DNA of 64,000 nt from an uncultured Gammaproteobacteria bacterium (GTDB lineage: Bacteria > Patescibacteriota > Patescibacteriia > Magasanikbacterales > GWA2-37-8), in contig CAZWKA010000001.1 in NCBI GenBank assembly GCA_964634875.1, forward strand, positions 101,600 through 165,599, written 5' to 3'. The translations under genes were made by a program, and so were the position numbers. Positions 58,002-64,000 of the stretch are shown piece by piece. The notes beneath the pieces were generated by a model. It did not search any database, was not told the DNA's origin, and saw nothing but the letters and a program-made list of their open reading frames with translations. Position 1 is the stretch's first letter; the number at the start of each line of letters is the position of its first letter.

Positions 58002-60233
58002 TTACGGCGCATCAGCCGCGTCCGAAGCTTCTTTTTTATACTTGCATTCTTTGCTGCTGCATTTGATAACGCCTTTGGCAGCGTACACAAGTGGGTCGCC
58101 GGAGTCTGGGCACATTTCGCCGGTTGGTTTTTCCCACAGGGCAAATTCGCAAGCGGGGTATTTGTTGCAGGCAAAAAAGAGTTTACCGCGCTTACTTTTT
58201 TTCTGTATAATATCTCCCTCTTTGCATTTTGGACACTTGAGATTGGTTTTAATTTCAATTGATTTAAGATGTTTGCAGTCTGGATATCCGGTGCACCCCA
58301 GGAATTTACCAAACCGTCCGTGCTTAATCTGCATCGGCTTGCCGCATTTCTCACAAATTTCGTTTGTTGTTTCCGCTGGGGCAGGGGTTTCGCCGTCGTT
58401 CGCCAGTGGTTTGGTGTTTTTGCAGTCCGGGTAACCAGTGCAAGCTAAAAATTTACCAAAGCGCCCTCGTTTGATGATCATGGGCTTGCCACACTTCTCG
58501 CAGACTTCGTCTGTGGTTTCTTCGGTCAGTTTTTTCTTGTCGATCTCAGCATCTTTAGCATCCAAATTTTCTTTGAACGGGTGGTAAAAAACCGAAATAA
58601 TCGGCTGCCATTCTTTGGTACCTTCGGCGATCTCGTCGAGGTTTTCTTCCATTTGGGCAGTAAACTGGAAATCCACGATCTGGGGAAAGTGCTCCACCAG
58701 CAAATCATTTACCAGGTAGGCAATATCTTTGGGCTGCAGCTTTTTTTGTTCATTACGCTCCACGTAACCGCGGTCTTCGATCGTGGCAATCGTTGGGGCG
58801 TAGGTGCTCGGGCGGCCGATACCAAACTCTTCGAGCGCTTTAACCAGGGTCGCATCTGAATAGCGGGCGGGCGGTTCCGTAAAATGTTGTTCTGGTTTTA
58901 TTTCTTCAGCCGTAGCCGTGTCGCCAACATTCACTGTGGGCAGCAAATTTTCTTTGGTTTTTTCTGGGTAGAGTTTTAAGAAGCCATCAAAGGTAATCGT
59001 TTGGCCGGTCGCATGGAAGACATAGTTATTTTTGCTTTCTACGTCAATCGCGACCGAATTGAGTTCGGCATCAGCCATCTGAGTGGCCACCGCACGGCGC
59101 CAAATTAAGCCGTACAATTTGGCTTGGTTTTTTTCGAGGAACGGTTCGACCGTCTCGGGAGTACGGAGAGCCTCGGTCGGCCTTATTGCTTCATGTGCTT
59201 CTTGGGCATTTTTATTCTTGTTCTTAAATTTCCGCGGTTCGACGAGTTGATATTTTTTACCAAATGATTCGCCGATTACGGCCTGAGCCTCACCCAAAAA
59301 TTTGTCTGACAAATTAACGGCGTCAGTACGCATGTAGGTGATAAGACCAACCTGGCCTTCGCTACCAATTTCGACACCTTCGTACAATTGCTGAGCAAGA
59401 CGCATAGTTTGCTTGGCCGAAAAGCCGAGGGTGTTGTTGGCCTCCTGTTGCAGGGTCGAGGTGGTAAAGGGTGGTGGGGGAGTGCGTTTGGTTTTTTTCT
59501 GATCAATGTCCTTGATGGTGTAGGTTGTGCCTTCCAAGTCTTTAAGAATTCCGTCGACCTGTTCTTTATTTTTTAAATCCAGCTTATCAATTTTTTTATT
59601 TTTGATCGCATTCAATTTTGCTTCAAAAGTTTCTTTGTTACACGCAAACACGCCTTCAATTGACCAGTATTCTTCCGGTTTAAAGTTTTGAATCTCGCGT
59701 TCGCGTTCAACTACCAGGCGTACGGCCACTGACTGGACGCGTCCGGCTGATAAGCCGCGGGCGATTTTGCGCCACAAAAATGGTGAGAGGTTATACCCAA
59801 CCAAACGGTCCAGAACGCGCCGGGCTTGCTGGGCATCAACGAGCTTGAGGTCGAGGTGGCGCGGGTTTTCAATCGCGTGCTCAATAGCGGCTTTGGTAAT
59901 TTCATGGAAGGTGATCCGATCCGCTTTTTCTGGTTTAATATCGAGGATGTGGGCGAGGTGAAAAGAAATCGCCTCTCCTTCACGGTCCTCATCAGTTGCA
60001 AACAAGACGTGGTCAGCTTTTTTCGCTGCATCCTTGAGCTCCTTTACGACCGCTGCTTTGTCTTTGCTCACGATATACTGTGGTTCAAAGCCATGTTCAA
60101 TATCAACGCCGAGCTTTGATTTAGGCAGGTCGCGCACATGGCCAAAAGAAGACAAGACTTTGTAGTTCTTGCCCAGGAATTTGCTAATAGTTTTGGCTTT
60201 GGTGGGGGACTCTACGATGACCAAGGTCTTCAT
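58002..60233 (-). CDS. topA: DNA topoisomerase I
   Basis: LVIVESP, ATDEDREGE, SAGRVQS, ITYMRTD, C-terminal Zn ribbons. Confidence 0.98.
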   Translation of the reverse strand: MKTLVIVESPTKAKTISKFLGKNYKVLSSFGHVRDLPKSKLGVDIEHGFEPQYIVSKDKAAVVKELKDAAKKADHVLFATDEDREGEAISFHLAHILDIKPEKADRITFHEITKAAIEHAIENPRHLDLKLVDAQQARRVLDRLVGYNLSPFLWRKIARGLSAGRVQSVAVRLVVEREREIQNFKPEEYWSIEGVFACNKETFEAKLNAIKNKKIDKLDLKNKEQVDGILKDLEGTTYTIKDIDQKKTKRTPPPPFTTSTLQQEANNTLGFSAKQTMRLAQQLYEGVEIGSEGQVGLITYMRTDAVNLSDKFLGEAQAVIGESFGKKYQLVEPRKFKNKNKNAQEAHEAIRPTEALRTPETVEPFLEKNQAKLYGLIWRRAVATQMADAELNSVAIDVESKNNYVFHATGQTITFDGFLKLYPEKTKENLLPTVNVGDTATAEEIKPEQHFTEPPARYSDATLVKALEEFGIGRPSTYAPTIATIEDRGYVERNEQKKLQPKDIAYLVNDLLVEHFPQIVDFQFTAQMEENLDEIAEGTKEWQPIISVFYHPFKENLDAKDAEIDKKKLTEETTDEVCEKCGKPMIIKRGRFGKFLACTGYPDCKNTKPLANDGETPAPAETTNEICEKCGKPMQIKHGRFGKFLGCTGYPDCKHLKSIEIKTNLKCPKCKEGDIIQKKSKRGKLFFACNKYPACEFALWEKPTGEMCPDSGDPLVYAAKGVIKCSSKECKYKKEASDAADAP

Positions 60234-60321
60234 AGTTTGCATATAAACATTCAGAGTGTATGGTTTTTTGACGGTTTTGTCAATTGTTGTATACTAATTG
60301 TATTCATGCTAATCATTTTTT

Positions 60322-61101
60322 ATGTTAACTGAAAGTCAAAAAAAGAACCTGGGTGTAGCCGCAGTTATTATCGTTGTCCTTGCTGGTGTCGGTCTTCTTG
60401 CCTATAACATTAAGCGTGGGAGTGGCCCCGAAGAGCGCGAGTTTATAGTTGCGCCATCTCCGGTACCGGAAGCCGAGATAGTAACCGTGCGCACCGAAAA
60501 TAACAATCTTTTTGTTTTTGAGCGTGCCGGTGCCGCCATTGGCGAGCTGCTGGTTACCCCAGAAATGAAAACGATGACCCTCCTGCGGCAGGTTGGGGAC
60601 TTTGCCTATTTTAAAACGTTTCCTGAGGGCGGGGACGGGTATCTGCTTTTTAACTCAAGCGCACCACAACTTGTGCGTATCGATAGTCGTGACGGTGCGA
60701 TTACTACCATCAAGAAGGATGGTCGGCGGATTGAGGATATTTCCCCCAACGGCCAATTTATCGCCTGGACTGAATATAAAGAGAATGGCGACAAGAGTAT
60801 CGTTGTTGAAGATGTCGTAGCAAAAAGCGAACAATCTTTTCCTGTTGAAAAAAAATATTCCCAATTTGGTGATGCTCATTTCTCGAGCGACAGTACCCAG
60901 CTTGCCTATGCTGCGGCCATCGGTTTTCCTGGCAAAGAGAACGGTGTTGTCTATGTTATTAATTTGAAAGATGCCACTACCAAGGTAAACGCTTCGACAG
61001 GACAAGGGAATACCTACTACCGTGTACGTGGTTGGCGCGACAACGGCGATGTTGATTCTGTTGTACAATCGGGTGATTCGACTGATTTTAAGATGAAATA
61101 A
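60322..61101 (+). CDS. Membrane-anchored protein with TolB/WD40-like blades
   Basis: N-terminal TM; ISPNGQFIAW and FSSDSTQLAY repeats. Confidence 0.7.
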   Translation: MLTESQKKNLGVAAVIIVVLAGVGLLAYNIKRGSGPEEREFIVAPSPVPEAEIVTVRTENNNLFVFERAGAAIGELLVTPEMKTMTLLRQVGDFAYFKTFPEGGDGYLLFNSSAPQLVRIDSRDGAITTIKKDGRRIEDISPNGQFIAWTEYKENGDKSIVVEDVVAKSEQSFPVEKKYSQFGDAHFSSDSTQLAYAAAIGFPGKENGVVYVINLKDATTKVNASTGQGNTYYRVRGWRDNGDVDSVVQSGDSTDFKMK

Positions 61102-61191
61102 TTTTAAACAGCTAAATGCGGAAAAAGACCTGCTTGCAAGCGCGAGCAGGTCCAGTTTCCTAAAATTTTCTCTCCAGGAAGTTTGAGTAAA

Positions 61192-62277
61192 CTAAAGGAT
61201 AATATACATCATCCCACCCACATTTTTAACGAGACCCTTCATTTCCATTAGTACTAAACTGCCGTTCACCGCTTGACTCGGGAGAGCGGTATTTTTTATG
61301 ATGAGGTCAATGTGAGTCGGTTCGTGCGAAAGTACTTGTACAATCGCAGCTTCCACGGGAGAGTCGGGCAGCGGTCGTTGTTTATTGGGAATGGGGTTGC
61401 TCAGGTGTTTGAGCTGCAGTGCTTCGATAATATCTGTTCCCTTGGTAACAAGTAGTGCGCCTTGGGCAATGAGTTTGTTACATCCTTCACCATTGATGTT
61501 CATTAAGGCGTGGGGCACTGCAAAGACATCGCGGTTATAATCAAGTGCGGCACGGGCAGTGATAAGCGCACCAGATTCGAGCGGCGCTTCGATAACAAGC
61601 GTGCCGAGCGTCAATCCGGCAATAATCCGGTTGCGAGCGGGGAACGAGTATGCTGTCGGTGCAAAACCAGGTGGGTATTCCGAAACCACTGCCCCACCAC
61701 ATTCAATAATTCGTTCGGCCAGACGCTGGTGTATTGTTGGTGTAATGTTTTCTTTATTCACACCTGAGCCAAGCACAGCAATAGTTGGAGCCTTGGCTCG
61801 GAGCACGGCTTCATGAGCAACACCATCAATCCCGAGCGCTAGTCCGCTCACTACCACGACGCCTTGTTCGGCTAGTTCGCGCGCCAATTGTTCGCAGACT
61901 TGTTTGCCGTAACCGGTTGCTTTGCGTGTGCCGACTATTGCGACTGCCGGAGAGCGGTCGAGAGAAGTCAGGCTGCCGCGGATAAACAGTGTATGCGGCG
62001 GATCGTTGATCTCACCGAGGAGTTTGGGGTAGGCGGCTTGCCCGATTGAGACGGTGCTAATACCTTCTTTTTCAAGCGTCTGAAAAATCTTTTCACTGTC
62101 TGTCGCTTCACGCCAGCGGATAAATTCGTCAGCGATAGCGGCGTCAAGTCCGGCAGCAGTTATTTCTTCGAGTTCAGCTTCCCAAAGGCTGGCAAGGTTT
62201 AAAAAACGCGCTGTTAATTTTTTATAGCGCGGGTACGTGATTTTAGGAAAATGCGCCAAGAGGGCGTGATAGTCCAT
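61192..62277 (-). CDS. dprA: DNA-processing protein DprA
   Basis: AIVGTR, VSGLALGID, FPARNRIIAGL, SGALITA. Confidence 0.97.
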   Translation of the reverse strand: MDYHALLAHFPKITYPRYKKLTARFLNLASLWEAELEEITAAGLDAAIADEFIRWREATDSEKIFQTLEKEGISTVSIGQAAYPKLLGEINDPPHTLFIRGSLTSLDRSPAVAIVGTRKATGYGKQVCEQLARELAEQGVVVVSGLALGIDGVAHEAVLRAKAPTIAVLGSGVNKENITPTIHQRLAERIIECGGAVVSEYPPGFAPTAYSFPARNRIIAGLTLGTLVIEAPLESGALITARAALDYNRDVFAVPHALMNINGEGCNKLIAQGALLVTKGTDIIEALQLKHLSNPIPNKQRPLPDSPVEAAIVQVLSHEPTHIDLIIKNTALPSQAVNGSLVLMEMKGLVKNVGGMMYIIL

Positions 62278-62298
62278 GGAATTATAATGTCCAGGTAC

Positions 62299-62820
62299 TT
62301 AGAGTATTTTTTTAAGTTCCAAAAGCGCCCGTTCGGTTGCCTCGTGCAGTTGTGCCAGCTCTTCTTTGGCAAATTTGCCCAAAACAAATTCCGCCGTATC
62401 CTCGATTGGGTATTCCATGGTGGCAACACCGATCCGGATCCGCCAAAAATCTTTGGTACCCAGGTGCTCAATTATTGAAGCGACGCCGTTGTGCCCGGCC
62501 GCTCCGCGGTCTTTCTGAACCCGGAATTTACCGAGCGGAATATCTTTGTCGTCGTGCACGACGACAACTTTGGCTGGGGACAACTTATAAAAATCAACCA
62601 GGGCGCGAGTGCTCAGACCTGATTCGTTCATGAATGTTTGCGGTTTCGCCGCAATTACTTTTTGGCCGTCAATTTCGAGTGTAGCAATTTCGGCCTGAAA
62701 TTTTTTTTGCAGCATGAACTCAGTAGTGCCTGCCAAGAGGTCAAGCGCCATAAAACCAGCATTGTGGCGGGTTCGTTCGTATTGTTTCCCGGGGTTACCA
62801 AGTCCAATAATAAGTTTCAT
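62299..62820 (-). CDS. pth: Peptidyl-tRNA hydrolase
   Basis: IGLGNPG, TRHNAG, KPQTFMNESG, GHNG. Confidence 0.97.
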   Translation of the reverse strand: MKLIIGLGNPGKQYERTRHNAGFMALDLLAGTTEFMLQKKFQAEIATLEIDGQKVIAAKPQTFMNESGLSTRALVDFYKLSPAKVVVVHDDKDIPLGKFRVQKDRGAAGHNGVASIIEHLGTKDFWRIRIGVATMEYPIEDTAEFVLGKFAKEELAQLHEATERALLELKKIL

Positions 62821-62850
62821 ATGTTCATTGTAGCACGTACCTACAAACAC

Positions 62851-62946
62851 TGTCATTCCCGCGTAAGGGGATACAGGGTGCGTAGTATATAGCTTGCTTG
62901 CTGGGATTCCTGCCTGTCCGGTAGGCAGGCCTACGCGGAAATGACA
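62851..62946. repeat. Palindromic TGTCATT...AATGACA element containing a nested CCTGCCT..AGGCAGG palindrome
   Basis: tgtcattcccgcgta...tacgcggaaatgaca; nested 62909-62929. Confidence 0.8.
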
Positions 62947-62968
62947 GGTGAGCGCCGGGCTCTGCCAT

Positions 62969-64000
62969 TTACCGTTTCATCTTCGTCAGTTTGATAATGA
63001 TCGGTGTCGCGAAGAATTTGAATTGTAGGCGCATCTGGTTAGCCAGATAGTGTACATACGACATATGTACCGACGTGCCTTCCTTGATAAAGAGTTCAAA
63101 CGTTGGGGGGCTCGTTTTGATTTGGGTGAAGTCGTAGATTTTTGGGTGGCGGACGCCTTTGCCACGGGTTGGCAGGTGGCGTTTGGTCGCGCGTTTGAGG
63201 AAGGTGACCAGCGTGTCATGGTCAAGCTCTGTGTGGCGGTCTGCCCAAGCTTCGGTCAGGAGCGGAAAAATTTGGTGCACGCGGTAGCTCGTCTTCGCGC
63301 TGACAAAAACAATCGGGGCGTAATCGAGGTGGGGGAATTTTTTGTATAAGTCTTTTTTGACATCGTTACGGAACGAGTCGGTATTGTCTTCGGCCTCATC
63401 CCATTTGTTGACGACGATGATTACGCTCTTGGTATGCTCACGCAGGAGCCCGGCTAGCTGTTGGTCTTGGTCTGTAACCGGTTCGGTCGCGTCGAGCAAG
63501 AGGAGTACGATATCCGAACGGTCAATGGTGGCAATACTTTTGTTAATGCCGAGGTGCTCGAGTTCACCAGATACTTTAGTCTTGCGGCGGATACCTGCTG
63601 TGTCAACAAAAACCATTCTGACTCCGTCAACTTCAACGAGCGTATCGTGCGGTTCGCGCGTGGTGTGTGGCATGTCGCTCACAATTACACGGTCTTCACC
63701 AATAAGCTTGTTAAACAGCGATGACTTGCCGACGTTTGGTTTGCCGACGAGTGCAATCTTGATGGCTGGTAATTCTTCAACCTGTTTTGGCCGCTTAGTT
63801 TGTTTGTTTAAGAGTTTATATAATACGTCCAAGAGATCGCCAACATTACTGCCATTGGCAGCCGATACTGGGAAAGGTTCGCCCAGGCCGAGTTTTTGCC
63901 ATTCATGATCATAAATACGGGAATGGATAACCAGGTTGTCTGCCTTGTTGCCTACCAAAATAATTGGAGTCTTCTTTTTATTTTTTGCTAAACGTTTCCC
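62969..64000 (-). CDS. der: Ribosome biogenesis GTPase Der, C-terminal part (start outside window)
   Basis: NKAD of GD1, GKPNVGKSS, DTAG, NKWD of GD2, KH-like tail. Confidence 0.96.
   Translation of the reverse strand, partial: GKRLAKNKKKTPIILVGNKADNLVIHSRIYDHEWQKLGLGEPFPVSAANGSNVGDLLDVLYKLLNKQTKRPKQVEELPAIKIALVGKPNVGKSSLFNKLIGEDRVIVSDMPHTTREPHDTLVEVDGVRMVFVDTAGIRRKTKVSGELEHLGINKSIATIDRSDIVLLLLDATEPVTDQDQQLAGLLREHTKSVIIVVNKWDEAEDNTDSFRNDVKKDLYKKFPHLDYAPIVFVSAKTSYRVHQIFPLLTEAWADRHTELDHDTLVTFLKRATKRHLPTRGKGVRHPKIYDFTQIKTSPPTFELFIKEGTSVHMSYVHYLANQMRLQFKFFATPIIIKLTKMKR

Noticed and set aside
1-64000. Alternative genetic code (UGA read as Gly)
   Set aside because: Conserved genes translate full length in the standard code with no in-frame TGA interruptions.

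Overview
This is a chromosomal window from a Patescibacteria/CPR bacterium. The S10-spc cluster lacks rpmD (L30) between rpsE and rplO, core genes lack Shine-Dalgarno sites, and ORFs read in the standard genetic code; an ABY1-like lineage is my guess only. The core content is the 5' part of the F0F1 ATP synthase operon, trpS, rlmH, tgt, a UvrD/PcrA helicase, the str/S10/spc ribosomal protein genes with secY-adk-map, ruvX, recO, asnS, parAB, a short RelA/SpoT, topA, dprA, pth, a partial der, tRNA-Asn(GTT) and tRNA-Leu(CAA). About 19 GC-rich orphan genes are interspersed; most have strong SD sites, several have their own sigma70 promoters, and many encode Cys-rich lipoproteins. The strongest novel signal is a complete ribosome-stalling attenuator at 4686-4957. 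A leaderless 16-codon Asn-rich peptide with mutually exclusive 1:2, 2:3 and 3:4 hairpins sits upstream of a tRNA-Asn gene rather than a biosynthetic operon. Other notable items are a 6S-like ncRNA, a four-helix-bundle gene enclosed by a 31-bp inverted repeat with an empty copy elsewhere, a tRNA-Leu 3'-end duplication, and a beta-barrel-like secreted protein. All calls come from reading the sequence by eye; no searches or folding programs were run.
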